NCBI GenBank assembly: GCA_000388065.2
Contig: KB932207.1
Strand: one strand, 5' to 3'
Source of the DNA: Fonticula alba ATCC 38817
Lineage: Eukaryota; Protista; Nucleariida
Length of the DNA: 64,000 bases
Numbering within the stretch: position 1 is the stretch's first letter; each line of letters opens with the position of its first letter. Positions 24,624-38,500 of this stretch are shown here, piece after piece. The notes beneath the pieces are model-generated. The model was not told the origin of the DNA, searched no databases, and was given only the letters and a program-made list of their open reading frames with translations. Both the position numbers and the translations under genes were made by a program.

Positions 24624-25651
24624 TCACTGGGCAGGCTCCAGGTCCTTGAGAGACAATGCCGGGATGGGGATGGCACTGCCGGGGGATGGCCACTCAAGCG
24701 ACCAGGCCCCCCCATCGGGCCCGTCATCACCGGCCCCCAGGAGAAATGGCATCAGGGCAATGGTCACCCGGCTGGCCACAAGGGCATGGCCCACGCTGGA
24801 AGCCGAGGGGATGCCCGCCGCGTCGGCCGTCGCCTCGACGCGAGCCCGAGCCGGATCCCCCCGGCGCAGGGTCCGCAACGGAGCAGGGTAGTACAGTCGC
24901 CCGGTGCGCGGATCGGCTCGGAGGAGCTCCGGGCGGAAGGGCACCCGCCGGTCAGCGGCCCAGCACAAGTCATACGGCTGGCCGGGGTCGATTGCCGCGT
25001 GCGGCAGGCCGGGGTCGGCTTGCTGCTCGGCCGAGTGGCCGACGGTGCCCGGTGCATCGGTCGCCACTGGGCGCCGTTCCAGCAGAGTGAACACCACCGG
25101 CGTGTCGTCGGCCGCAATGTAATTGTACTCCCCGGCACAGGGGGACACCCAGCGGAAGGCCGCCAGCCGGTCGGGCTCCGGCCAGTAGTGCAGCGACGAG
25201 GCAGCCACCGCGCCCTCGGCAGAGGAGGGGCCCAGCATGGAGGGCGGGCTCGGGGCCGCGGGGCGCGCAGGCGGCGGCGCGCCGGCCGGTCGGACGGCAC
25301 TGAAGAACATCCGCAAAAAGTCCGCCTCCTTGAAGCCTGCCGTCAGGAGGCAAAGTACCGGGAGGAGCCCGGTGCAGGGTCGGCGAGCGGCGCGGGCCAG
25401 TCAGCACTTACGGGCAGCAAGGCACCCCGGTACGGGCACCCAGCGGGGATGGCAGACGCACAGGACACGAAATTCTTCATGCGGGTTCCATCCAGAAAAA
25501 GGCGCCCATGCTCGTCGACAAAATAGAAGTAGGACCGGATGAGCTCGGGGTTGTCGTGCGGCGCCGGGCGCACGGCAGAGGAAGAGATGGCGGCCCTGGC
25601 GGCCAGGTGAGGCGAGCGGCCCCGCGCCGAGGCCAAAGCCCGCGCAAGCAT
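24624..25651 (-). CDS. C8orf82: C8orf82/UPF0598-family protein with a mitochondrial-type presequence (2 exons)
   Basis: RSYFYFVDEHGRLFLDGTRMKNFVSC joined to FKEADFLRMFFSAVRP...FRWVSPCAGEYNYIAADDTPVVFTLL matches the family motif REYFYYVDHQGQLFLDDSKMKNFITCFKD...SPCGRERNFLRCEDRPVVF. Confidence 0.88.
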
Positions 25652-26410
25652 GGCAGCAAATCGGCCGAAGGGGGGAAAGGCAGGCAAAGGCACCGAGGAC
25701 CAGGCCCGATCAACAGACGGAATAGGGCTGGGAGGCGGGGGGGGGGGGCGGGGGCGGGGACAAAAACGGGGACGCGGGGGGAGGATGAAAGTGACGGCGG
25801 CCTGGGCGAGGCCGGGAGACGGGGGCACTTGGTTGCGCCTCGACAAAAGGGGCCCGCCGACTGCGAACCCCACAATAAGCGGGGGAGAGCAGAACACCCG
25901 CTCCCGCCACTTCCCCCCCGCAGCCGAGAGCGGCTGGAGACAGGCACGCCAGGAGACATGGTGCCAACGCAGAGAAATAGTAGGTAACAAGGTTTATTGG
26001 ATTTTGTGGAGGGGGGTGGGGGGAGGGGCTGCTCTGTGACGCGCGCGTAGGGCCGGTACCTTCCCCCCCCCCCCTCCGGCCCATGCCGCCGAGCCGCGTC
26101 GCGAACTGCGCACATCATCATGGGGCGCGCGGGAGAGGGGAAAAAGGATACGCCCCAGTGCGGGGACATGGGGCGCGCAGAGCAGAGGAAGGGGCCGACA
26201 GCTGGGCGGCTCGTGTGCTTGTCGCCCCCCCCCCCCCCGGCCTCGCCCCTCCCCCATGGGAGGCGCGGAGAAGGAGGGCGGCACGCGGGAACGGGGACAC
26301 GGAGTCACACGCCGTCATCGGTCTTGGTGGCCCCTTCTCGCCTGCTCCTCTGGCCGTTTGCCGCCGCTCAGGGGGGGGCGGCGGCGCGCAGGAGGGGCTG
26401 CTCCTTCGGC

Positions 26411-29400
26411 TTAACGGCGACGGCGGGAGCCGGACACCGGGACGAAGCCATCATCATCAGGCTGGGGAGCACCACCCGGGGCGGGGGAGCGAGCCGGCGA
26501 GACACCGGCCAGCGACTGGTCGCCAGAGCGCATGGGGGCACCGGCGCCCGAGCGGGAGAAGGGAGCCATGGGGCCGGAGCCGGGCGGGCCGCCGGCACCC
26601 GGGGCAGAGCGCCGGAAGCCACCGGCACCACCGCCCGGGGCACCACCAGGACCATCCCGGGGACCGCCGAAGGAGGAGGAGGAAGGCACACGCGAGCCGC
26701 GCATCATGCTGCCATCGGCCGGGGCACCGCCAGCCGGGGGAGCACCACCGAAGCCGGAGCGGAAGCCACCGCCGCCGGCGGAGGCGCCCGAGGGCAGGGC
26801 AGAGCCACGGCCACCGAAGGGAGCCGGGCTGCCACCGGCAGCAGAGTGAGCCGGGCCGGCGCCCGGGGCACCGCGCCAGTCACCGCGCGGGCCATCGCCA
26901 CCGAAGCCCGGGCGCTGGTAGCCACCGCTGGAGGGGGGGCCGCCAAAGGTGGAACGGGGAGCACCACCACCGAAGGCACCGCCGCGGATGGGGCCGCCCG
27001 TGGCCGGGACGGCCGCCGCCGCCGAGGAGGCGGCACCCACACCGGTGGGGCTGGCCATGCGCAGGCTAGCCTGGGCCTTGTCCAGCTCATCGCGCTCGCG
27101 CTGCAGGGTGTCCAGCTTGCGCAGGTGAACCTGCTCCGACTGCATGGTGCGGAGCTGCTGCGACTCGTGAGCCTTGGCGCGGATGGCCTCCTCCTCCTGC
27201 TTGATGCGGAGGGCCTCGGCGGCGGCCTCGCGGGCACGCTGCTGCTCGGCCAGGCGCTGCTGCTGGAGCTCCTCCTGGCGACGGCGCTGCTCGGCGGCGG
27301 CGGCCTCCTGGATGCGGCGCTCCTCCTCCTTCTGGCGCTCGATCTCGGCCAGGAAGGCGGCCGACCGGGCCTTGAAGTGGTCGACCTCCGACACCACCAC
27401 CTGGACCCAGCTCTTGACCTGGAGACCCTTGGCGTGGAGCTCGCGCGCGCGCTCGGTGTTCCGCTGGACGTAGGCCTCGTGGTGGGCCAGGTCCCGGGCA
27501 TCGGCGGCCTTGAAGTCCTCCTTGAGGATGGGCACCTCGGCCAGGCGCAGGGCGCGCACCTGGTAGTCGATGTGCTGGGCCAGCTTGGACAGGCGGTTGT
27601 GGATCTCGGCCTTCTCGGCGTTGAGCTGCTCCAGCTGACGAGCCATGATCTGCTCGGCGGACATGTCCTCCACGTCACCGAGGTCCAGCTTGATGCCGAG
27701 ATCGGCCGCGCGGGCCTCCAGCTCGCGGGTCTGGCGAATGCGCGACTGGCGGACGGCCTCATCACGCTCGGCCTGCAGGCGCTCCAGCTCACGACGAGTG
27801 GACTCCTCGTTGACACGAACGCGCTCGGCCTCGGCACTCAGGCGCATCTCCTCAATGCGGCGGCGGCTCTCGGTGAGCATGCGCTCGCGGGCCTTGCGCT
27901 CCTGCATGTCCTTGGCGTAGTCGAACTGCTCCTTGCGGTTGATGGCGGTCGAGTGCTCGGACTCCAGGCTCTCGCGGATCTGGTCGAAGAAGGCCGCACG
28001 GGTGTCCTCCATGGAGGTGGCGGCGCTGGGGCGGATCTTCTCGGAGATGGGAGCCAGGTCCTGGGCAACCTGCAGCATGTGAGCCTGGACGCCCTTGGCC
28101 TGGTGGATGAGCGGAAGAGGAGCATGGGGGCGGGGAGCAGAGAAGGGGGCGGGGGCGAACGAAGACGATGGAAGGACAGGCACGAAGACCCCAGGGAGAG
28201 GGGGGGGAGAGAGAGAGAGAGGGAGAGATAGCGCGAGGGGGGGGGGCATACAAGGAAGAGGGTGAGTGGGCAATGCCGGAGCAAAAGCGAAGGCGAAGGG
28301 AGCCGACAGGGGCAAACACGCACAGCCAGGTCCTGGCGCACGGCGGACTTGAAGCGAATCGACTGGGCCACATGGTCCACGGCCAGGGAGATGTCATTGC
28401 TGCGGCACATGGCCAGGAGGAAGGCCTCAATCTCGTCGGCAGTGAAGAAGGGAGCCAGCTCGGCCAGGGCCGAGAGCTTCATGGTGTCATACACCAGGCT
28501 CAGCTGGAAGAGCAGGCGACCCAGCAGGACCTCCTGCAGGGACTTGAGGAAGGGAGCCAGCTCCGGGCTCTCGGCCAGGAAGGCCGAGATCGGGGCAAAC
28601 TGCGGGGCCATCGACAGCGGGTGGAAGTCCACCTCGAAGAGGGTGTACAGCTGCTGGACCTGGGGGATGGCCGCGGCGATGACGCCATTCTGGCTGAGCT
28701 CGCGCAGGAGCATCGCGCGCGAGGGCTTGCGGTTGCTCATCAGCAACAGGGTCAGGCGGTTGAGCTGCTCATGCTCGAAGTTGCGGCCGCCGCTGTGGTA
28801 GGTCTTGCCGCGGGAGGCCGGGATGGCCAGGGTGGCCAGGACCAGCTTGTTGGCGGCGTCCTGGCGCTCGGCCTCGGTGGCGAAGTCCGCCAGCTGGTAG
28901 ATGCGCCAGCTGGAGAAGGCATGGGCCAGGTAGTTGTTGGAGATGAGCGAGATGCTGGCCAGACGGCGGTAGTAGGCCACCTGGTACTCGGCGCGGAAGG
29001 ACCGGCGAGTCAGCGGCAGCAGGCTGTGCAGGTTCTCCACCGTGCTGAAGGCAGTGGACCAGGACTCCAGCTTGATGGCGGTGTCCAGCTGCTCCAGACG
29101 AGTGTCCAGCTGCAGACGCAGGCTGTTGATGCTCTTGAGGTTGATGCTGAAGTTGCCGGGCTTGGAGGCATCCAGCTGCTTCATGGCCTCCTCCAGGTGG
29201 AAGCGCAGGATCTTGCTGATGTTCTGGAACTCATTGCGGCGGCCGTGCTCGCGGCAGAACTTGAACAGCCGGCGAGCGGTGGAATGGTACAGGGACTCGA
29301 GCTTGGAGTTGTTCTTCAGAATCTCGATGGTCATCTTGTAGGCATCCCACAGGAAGCGAATGGACGGCCCGAGCAGGGTGCGGTCCGAACGGTCGCGGTT

Positions 29401-30051
29401 GTCCTCGGAAGTGACCATGCCCATCATGATGGTCTCCGGGGTGTCGCCCTCGTCCAGGTCCTGGTCGAACTTCTTGGCCGCGGCGGTGGCCGAGTCGAAG
29501 GCCTCCTTGAAGCGCTTCTCGGCACCGGCGAACAGGTGGTCAATGACCTTCTCCACCGAGGAGGGGTTGCTGCTCTGGGAGATGGCACGGAAGGCGGTAA
29601 GCGCATCGCGCAGCTGCTGAGTGCGGCGCGACTCGCGCAGGTCGATGCTCAGGTCGATGTAGAGCATCATGACCTCCTCCACGGCCGGGGACCAGGCGCG
29701 GATGCGGCGGTTGAGCAGCGACTCATGGAGAATCTCGATGGCCAGGCTCTTCTTGTCGACAACAAGGAGCTCTGTGGTGGCGGGCCGCGGGGAGGGAGGG
29801 AGGGGGAAGGACATGGGACAGGTGAGGAGACCGGATCAGCGGCAGAGGGAGAGAGCGAGAGAGAGAGAGAGAGGCGGGGGAGAAAGGCCAGACGGGGAGA
29901 AGGGCCAGGGTAGGCAGCCGGGAAAGCCGGGGACATGACGAAGGAGCGACAGGGGGGCAGGAGCGAATCGGTGCCCGAGCACCGGGGGGAGGACAGCCGT
30001 ACCATTGGCACGCTTGAGGGCGTTCTCGGGGCGGGGAACGAGGCGAGACAT
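26411..30051 (-). CDS. EIF3A: Eukaryotic translation initiation factor 3 subunit A (3 exons)
   Basis: MSRLVPRPENALKRANELL... N-terminus. PCI region (FLWDAYK...LKNNSKLESLYH...FCREHGRRNEF, QLDTRLEQLDTAIKLESW), long coiled coil and Gly/Arg-rich tail. Minus-strand AATAAA at 25993-25998. Confidence 0.96.
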
Positions 30052-30576
30052 GCTTGCGGCAGGGAAAGGGCAAGGAGACTAAGCCGGGGGAGGTTAGGGG
30101 AGTAACTCTCGGCTGAGGAGGGGGCACACGAGGGGCTCGGTGTCCGCGCTTCAGTAGGGAGTGCAGTGCCAAAACCAAAAAAGAAAGGGGGGGCAAGCGG
30201 GGGGGGGCTAGCCCCATCGGGCTGGGCCCAGGGGGGCGCCCGAAGAGAGACCGGCCTCCGGCAGGAAGAGGCGAGCGAGGAGGCCGCCGGGCTCAATGAC
30301 CGGACATTGCCCCCCTGCCACTGTGGGGGGGGGGGGGGGGGGGCGCACGGGGGAGGGGGCTGGCACACGCGGCGGGCTAAAACGGCGGGCAGAAGCGCAC
30401 CGCACCGCACCGTCCCACAGGGGGCACTCGCGTGCGGGGGGAGCGGGGGCCGCCGACACAAGCACGCGCTCCACGCCTCTTCTCGCTGGCAACCCGAGTG
30501 CCTCGAGAGGGTACCAGGGTTCTGGCCTTTCGGCCGGCACAAGGAGCCACAGGCGGGTGCCGGCGGCGCGGATGCA

Positions 30577-30609
<33 letters not shown>

Positions 30610-31723
30610 GCTCTTCTCCCCCGCCACCTGGCCGGGACCATGCCCGGCTAGCGCCTCCGCACAAATGTAGACACGGCTCACGAAGATAGTCCTAGTCCAG
30701 CGGGTCCCCCGTATGCGGAGGTGCAAGGAGGCCTCGAGCAGGCTCACAGGATCCACCAGACACCTCGCGGTTGGCAGGCCGCGCCTGGCCCTGGGCTTGG
30801 TCAGTGAGATGGCGGCACCACCGGCCGAGGGCAGGTCGCCGGAAAGGGCGCCCCGGGCCTTTTCCCGTGTGGAAAGGCCCTCAGAGAGACAGAGGAGAGA
30901 GAGAGAGAGAGAGGGACATTTGGAAGAAAGAACGTTGAGAGGTCCCGACGGAGGCCGGCCGATGTGGCGCAGGCCGCTTGAGCCCCAAGCCCCACGAGGG
31001 TCGGGGTTGGTGCCACGGACGCCTCTGCCCTCCGGGGGTTGTAATGGTATTATGGTAGGGGAGTCATGAACACGGTATCACGGGATCGGCGGGTCCAGAT
31101 CGCAACCCGGAGCACATTCTCTTGCAGTCTGCTTCTTCCGGCGCATGCACCACGCACACATCCACGCTTGTGCTTGCTTTTGCCCGACGCGCCCGCACCG
31201 TCGCCGGGGGCTCATTTCTGGAAAGGCCTCCTCCTGCCGCCGCCGCCGCCGCCGCCGCCCTGTTCTTGCTCCCCCTGGAACCCGAGTGTTCGATCGAGGC
31301 GCGCACTTGCCAGCTGCAATGATGCCCCCCCCCCCCCCCCCCTCACCTCCAGTCTCCTTTCACCGTGTGTTGGTCTCCACTGCTTCGACACCCGGGCNNN
31401 NNNNNNNNNNNNNNNNNNNNNNNNNNNNNNNNNNNNNNNNNNNNNNNNNNNNNNNNNCCTTCCTCCGCCCTCTTCTTTCCCCCCCCCCCCCCCCCCCTTC
31501 CACCTCTTTTGTCGGGGGAGGGAGGGAGAGATTCCGGCGACGGTCAACATGGCCCGTGGTACTCGTCGCTATCTTATTCCCCCGGCCCCAAGGGGCGTTT
31601 TATTCTCTATTGGAGCACCACACAGAGAAGCAGGCGCACATATACGCCGCAGGGAGACCGGAGGGGGAGGATGGCGTGCACCCCTGGGCCGATGTGATTG
31701 CGAGAGGTGCTCTGCTTTTGCGC

Positions 31724-32189
31724 TCACAGCCGCCCGATGTCCTGGTCCTTGGGGTCGGGCTTCTGGTGCCACACGGGCACGCTGTTGGGCTGAGCGGCGT
31801 CCTGTAGGACGGACATGAACTTGGAGCTCTGGGTCTCGGAGGGGTCCTCATTGCGCATGCGCGTCGCGTCGAAGGCCCGCTGGCGAAGGTCCGGGCTCAT
31901 GCGCTGGGATCAGCGCGATCGGCATCGGCGGAGCGAGTGGAAGGGCCGGATGGACACGAGGAGTCAGTAGGGACGCGGGGATAGCGAGCGGGGATTCCAG
32001 AGACATGTCCTTTCCCGCTGAGGGGGGGGGGGGGGGGGGGGAGCGCGCGAGGCTCGTGCATACCTCCAGAAGCTCGTCCTCCTCGGGGACCGTCACATTG
32101 TACAGGGTCAGAGAGACGATGGCCAGGATGCCGGAGGCGACGGTCGACCGACGGGCGAAGGGGGAGCCCCACAGGTAACGGGTGGCCAT
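31724..32189 (-). CDS. CBP4: Cbp4-like cytochrome b (complex III) assembly factor, 101 aa (exons 32189-32064 and 31903-31724)
   Basis: MATRYLWGSPFARRSTVASGILAIVSLTLYNVTVPEEDELLE|RMSPDLRQRAFDATRMRNEDPSETQSSKFMSVLQDAAQPNSVPVWHQK... has a single TM followed by a motif resembling fungal Cbp4 (TPTEEEL...YNPELQKR...KPIW). The ORF track misses it because of the intron. Confidence 0.7.
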
Positions 32190-32823
32190 GTTGTGGGAGA
32201 GGCTGCGCGTCGAATGCGGCAGAGGGGGAAGGGGTTGAAAGGTGGAGTAAGGGGAGAGGCGAAGAGGAGGTGCGGCTGGGGTAAGGGGCAAGCCGCGACG
32301 CCCGACGACGGGGTGCCTTTTTTCTCCATATCCGGGACACGCCTCTCCTCCACGCCTCGGAGATGCGCTTTCCAGGTCGCACACACACACACACATCGGC
32401 GAGGAGACAGGACGGCACGCAAAAGGGAAGGACCGCGCATCTGGGGGATGCGTCAACAAGATGCGAGATGCAAGCCACAACACGAGTCACACGCAGACAC
32501 ACCATCGGGCCATCTCCTTCAAAAAGGGCCCCCGGAGGCCACAGCCAGCCTTCTGCCCCCCCCCCCCCCCCTCCATATGCTTGGGGGATTTGAAAAAACC
32601 CCTTTCGGCGTCAAAAACAGCCAAGTCGGCGGCCGATCGGGGCGAAGCCAGCTGCCAACGATCGACACGGCCCACCCGGCTCCCTGGCAAAGATTCGTCC
32701 GGAAGCGGAGCATCACCGGTTTTAGGACTGCCCCTTCACATCTGCACCTCCCTCTCTGCCCCTCCTCCCCTCCTCCCACTGTCTCGCGGATCCTCCCCAG
32801 CCTTCCTTTCGCCGTGCGCCATC

Positions 32824-34651
32824 ATGTCCTTCTTTGATGCCTTGGACGAGGCAATCATGTCCAAGTCGACGAGAGCCGATGCCCCGCCTCCCGATGCCCC
32901 GGCCGCCATGCGCTTCCGTCGTCGCGGGGAGCTGAATAAGGCCCCGCCTGCTCCGGAAAAGAAGTCCCCCTCGGCGCCGGCCGAGGCTGCCCCGGTCGAC
33001 GAAGGCGACGAAAAGAAGCGCCCACGCGAGGGCGACTCGGCCGAGCCCTCGAGTAAGGCTCCCCGCGTGGAGGACGCCGCTATTCCGGCGGAGTCGGACA
33101 CATTCGCCGCTCCGACTCCTCCTGTTGCTCCGGAATCCGGGCTGCTGCTGTCCACGCGCGAGGTGGTCCGCCGGTTGCGGCGCCTGGGCGAGCCGATTCG
33201 CCTGTTCGGCGAGTCGGACAAGGAGCGCGAAACGCGTCTTCGTGAGCTGGAGACCACCGGTGCCGGTGGTGATTCCGAGGGCCAGCGAAACCTCACCCGC
33301 TCGACCATGGCCCGTATCGACATGCAGCTCGAGGCGCAATCCATGCGCCAGGCCACCCTGACCTCCTCGTCGGATGCGCCCACCCCGGGGAAGACTGGCG
33401 GCGATGCCGATGACCAGCCCTCCGGCGCCAGCGCCGATGGCAAACCCGCCGATACCGATGGCAAGTCCGCCACCGGTGTGGTGCGTTTCCCCGTCATCCT
33501 GCCCTCCCCCCTCGCCCATCTTTGCCCGTGTGCTGACTTTTGACTGCCAGTTCGAGCACCGGATTGACGACGAGGTCTACCGGCGGAGCACCAACCGTGT
33601 GTCACTTTTGATTCACGACTATCTCAAGGTTAGCCCATCCTCCCCACGCTTCCTCCCCTGGCTCTCCCCTACTCCCCTTCGCTCTTTGCGATGGGTCTCC
33701 TCCTGCTCCTCGAGTCGCACCCCCAGCCGCCACGCCATCCCTCCTTTCGCTGACACACGCGCATGCGCATTCTCCTTTGATACACACACGCACGCAGTTC
33801 CTAACGAACATGTGGGACCAGCGCCTCCTCTCGCGGCCGGACTACGAGCAGCGCTCGCGTCAGGGCCGTGATGATCGGCGCGTCTATGAGGACACCAAGC
33901 TGCACATCCAGCCTCTCCTTCGGCATCTCCGCCGGCGGGTGCGTCCTCTTTCGCCCCTCCCATCGCTCCTCCCGTCGTCCCTTCATGTCCATCATTGCCC
34001 TTTGCTGACCGTGTGGATGCTCTCCCCTCTCCCTTCACCCTCTCTCCCTCTCGCTTTTTCTCTCTCCCTCTCCCTCTCTTTGGGGTTCCCTTGTCCTATA
34101 GACGCTGGAGCAAGATATGCTTCAGCACCTGACGCGCATTTGTGACTTCCTCCAGCGGCGTGAGTACCGCAATGCCCTGGACACCTATTATTTGATGAGT
34201 ATCGGCAATGCCCCCTGGCCCATGGGTGTAACCATGGTACGCGCCTGTGTGAACCTTCCTCGGGACACACACACACACGCGCGCGCGCACACGCACGCAT
34301 GTATGCTTATACTGTATGTTCTCACATACATCACCTCCTCAATCCCCCCCCCCCCTCGCGCCAATAGGTGGGTATTCACGAGCGCTCTGCTCGTGAGAAG
34401 ATTTCTTCCAACCAAGTGGCCCGTGCGTCCCATCTGTCCCTCTCCTCTTCCCTTCGCCACGCCCCTGCTCACGCTAACTGACCGGCCCTATGCCCGCCGC
34501 CCTGCACACTGGGCCAACAGATGTGCTCAACGATGAACGCACTCGCCGGTGGATTCACTGCCTCAAGCGCCTGATGACCCTGACCCAGGACATTTTCCCC
34601 CCCGAGGACCTGGTCCAGGCTGCCGGCTTCATCCCGAAGCTGGACGACTAA
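32824..34651 (+). CDS. PRP18: Pre-mRNA splicing factor Prp18
   Basis: N-terminal SFM/PRP4-like motif EVVRRLRRLGEPIRLFGESDKERETRL. C-terminal [29 protein letters not shown]...AHVLNDERTRRWIHCLKRLMT. Confidence 0.95.
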
Positions 34652-35598
34652 ACACACGCCGGCGAGCGACAACAGCCGTGCCCGGCTTCCCCCCCCCCCC
34701 TCGGCCCCCACCCCCGCCAGAAAACAATAGAAGACATGAACAGTCCCCGATCGATGTGATCACGTGACGCATATATGCATTCTCCCGTCTTTCTCCCTCC
34801 GGGTGAATCCCCCGCACGCCCCGGGACGGGCGTTGCTTCGTGCAGCGGACACACACACACTCTCTCTCTCTCTCTCTCTTCCGTTCCGGGTGGAAGTCAG
34901 AACGCGCACAGGGATCGCGACGCACGGGGGGGGGGGGGGGGGGGGGCCCGGGGGGGGGGGGGAACGCGGAGGAGGCCGAGGGAGGGCCCCCGGGCCGAAG
35001 GAGGGGGTCTCGTCGAGTCGAGAGAATGGTTAATTGCCCTGGAGGAAAGAAAAAACGCGCAGGGCTCCTCGCCCCCACGGTCGGGTGGTGATCGACCGGC
35101 TCCCGCGTCCCCTCCCCCCCCCGTGCCATTCTCGCCAGAGGGGGGAGGTGGTGTCTACCGGATCGGGAAGTTCCCTCGGGCCAGCCGCGATCTGAACATT
35201 TCCTTTGCGCGGGGCTAGTAGGCCAGCCGGACCCCGGCGGCAGGCAGTGTCCCCCCTTTGGTGGGAGAAAAAAAGTCCCCGGCCCTCGCCTCGCTTTGAT
35301 TATGGGGGCATCCATTTCCCCTCTCCTGGTCTCCGCCTCCTCCCTTCCTGTTTCTCTCTCTCTCCCCCCCCTCTCACTTTGCCCTTCCCCTCCTCCCCTT
35401 CTCTTCCCTCGCCCACGCCCACCCTCCAGGGCCCACTCTTCCCCCTCTCATCCATTCTCTGGCCCCCGGCGAAAGGACACCCCATCTCCCCTCTCCCACA
35501 TCCAAATACCCCCACAAGCACACCCTGATACCCAGACCGGCGCCGATCTACCATACGCATATCACCGCCAGCCGAACAGATCCGCCGCCCCAAAGAAA

Positions 35599-38500
35599 AT
35601 GCACCCTGCCGAAGTTCCGGCCCCGGTTCTGTCGCCGCGATTGGCGCTCAGTCTGGACATCGGCCATGGGACCTTGGTCTTTGGCATCGTTCAACCGGCC
35701 TCCCTGCGCGATCTACGATCCCTCTCGAAAACCCGGCTCGGGCCGGAAGATGGCCGTCCGATTGACCACGCACCCGTGCTGGACCGGCTTCCCACCTTGT
35801 CCGAGAGCATCGCCCTGCTGCCTGCAGACCTGTCGCTATTCCCCATTCGCCTGATGGATGTGCGTATCCCCCCTGTTCGGCTGCACACGCTCCCCCCCCC
35901 GCACCCCTTGGATTTCACCTGCGTCTCCTGGGTTGCCAGAACTTGGCCTCCTAATAACACCCATCCTCCCCGTCCCCCCCCCCTTCTTCCCCCTATCACT
36001 GTGGCCAGTCTCTTTCCTACACGCTCCGAGTGCTGGAGCGCCTGATCACCGCAATGACCGCGGTGACAGTATCCGCCGCACTGGACGCCGGAGACGAGGA
36101 TTTCGACGAGGTCCCCGCCCCGGCTGAGGCATCATCCCCTCCGCAGGTGACCTACTCCTCCGGGCTTCTCTCCAGCCTGGTGGCGGATTATGGCCTGAGC
36201 AGTCTTCCCTTCTTGCAGGGCATGTCGGCGGCTGCTCCGACCGGTGGCTTTGGCTCGGGCACACGCCAGCGGGCTTCCGGCGACGAGCCCTTCCTGGACC
36301 TGGCGTCCGGGGCTCGGGTTGGGTCGGCGACGGTGGCTGCGGCCGCCGCCGCGGCCGCCGCCTGCCCCTGGTGTGTGCGACTGATTTCCAGCGGCAACGA
36401 CCCGCTGGGCAAGCACATGACCATTCGCCTGGAGCCGGTGCACGCCGCCGCGTCGGTGTCCTGCACTTCCGAAGGGGCCAGCTCGCCGGGGATCGACTTC
36501 ATGTTTGACATTGCCTCTCAGCGTCTGCTGGCCATCCAGCTCGTTGGCATGGATCCTCTCTTTGGCGATCGGTCGTGCCATGCTCCCCCGGGATCTCCGC
36601 TCCGACCGGCGCTTTACCCCTCTTGGTTCCTCCTGCAGATTCAATGCCCGGACATGTCGGGTCAGGTGCGTGCCCGACCGTCGGGATGCCTGCGGCAGCC
36701 TCCATCTTCTGTTCCACGCCTCCATGCATATATATATACGTGTGTGTATATATATATATCTTTGCGCACATATACATAAGTAGATGTGAATGTGCGCTCG
36801 CACATGCTGACGCATCTCCGATTGTCCTCTGTCTTGGACCCGCCTGCCCGGACCTTTGTCTTCTTCTCCTGTCCAGCTTGTTCTCTCTCCTGGGGATCTG
36901 TTGACCATCTGGCCCAGTGCCCGACAAAGCCCAGGCTCCCCTACCAACCCCGAGCACACTGGGCCCCTGAGCCCCGCCTCTCCCGGCAAGTCAGCCAATG
37001 GTGCGATCTCCTCCGCCAGTCCCGTCCCTTTCCCCCCCCCCCCCCCCCCCCGCCGCCCCCCATTTGCCTCCCTTATGGGTCCTTCTGACCGCCCGGACTG
37101 CCTCCTCCCCTGCCTCCACACACACACACACACACATACACCCGAAGACAAGGATACCGATCGTGTCTATCACTGCAATGGTGCACACCAACTTGATCCC
37201 CCTGCGCCTCTGCGCCGACCATGCGACTGACTTTCTCGTCCCCACTCAACCAGTGTCCGCATGGATTTCGGCCGAATTCTCCTTCTCCGCCGAGCACCAC
37301 CTGTCAGGGGTGGCCCTGTTCAGCTCGGAGTTCATCAATCTCAAGTCTGCCATCGAGCGCCTGGCTCACTTCACCGAATGCCCATCTCAGGCGGTGCGGA
37401 ATCTGCTCGAGACCTTTCCTCTGGGGCAGCCCGGCCTGGCCGAGCGCATCAGCCCAATCGGCCTGATGGCCCCCCTTGAGCCTGGCCATGGGGGGCAGTC
37501 CCCAAACACGGGGATGGACACACCTGGCTCCATTGCCGCCGCTCGCCTCGCCGCCAGTCGCTCCGGCCCCAGCAGCCCCCAATTCAGCTCGCAGCGCCTG
37601 CACCCGGGATTCGCTCTTCCCGGCCTGACCGCCGATCTCGGCCAGCCCCCTCCGCGGTATCCGCTCTTCGTGGATGCGCGCGACCGTTCGGCCATCCATC
37701 TGCACTGGTGGTCCCCTCGGTCAGCCTCTGATGGTGGTGCAACTCAAAAGGTGTGTCAGTAACCTGTGTGTGTGTGTGTGTAAGCTCATTCGAGGCGTGT
37801 CTCGCGGCGATCCCCCTTTCGTGCCTCCGTTCTCCCTGCCTCCCCCTCTCACTTTCACTTTGGTTTCTTCGATCTGTATATATCTCTTTCTCTCTCTCCC
37901 CCCCCCCCCCCCCTGCTCCGCTGTGCTCCCGCCCCTGACATTCCGCTGTAGTTCCCCTCTGAAGCGGTGCCGCATTCGACCCGGACCATTTGGATTGGCG
38001 CCCCTTTGCAGCTGATTTTGGACACTCTCGGCACGCCGGACTGCGACCGACCGGTCGGCTCCTCCTTCGGCTCGTTCGTGGACAATGCCGCCGATGTGTC
38101 GGCCGCCTGGCAGTTGACTGGCTCTGATGTCTCGGGCGGCGGGTCCTTCCATCCTGCCAATCCGGAGGGTGGCATCCGCCCCGAAGGCAACCCGCGCCTG
38201 GCTTCGGCCGGTCTTGGACGCGTGAACAGTGCCGGCGGCCTGGGCTCCTCGGGTCCGTCGCCGGTCGCCGGTGCCGCCCATGCCAAAACCGACCTCCCCG
38301 GGGACATCCCACCCTGTGTGTCAGTGTCCCAGTCGGCTCGGCACCTGGCGGGTCATGCGCCTGCCTCGCGCGTTCTCTCCTACTTCCGATATGGCTTGGA
38401 GTTTGGCACTTGGCCCTCGGCGCCGGATACGGTTGGGTGGATTCGCCTGCACACCGGCCTGGCAGTGTGGACACGGCAGGGCCCCGGCGCCCGGGGACCG

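Noticed and set aside
26411-28231. 703-aa plus-strand ORF antisense to eIF3a, and similar long antisense ORFs over GCLC and SWI3
   Set aside because: Shadow ORFs caused by GC3-biased codons on the real strand.
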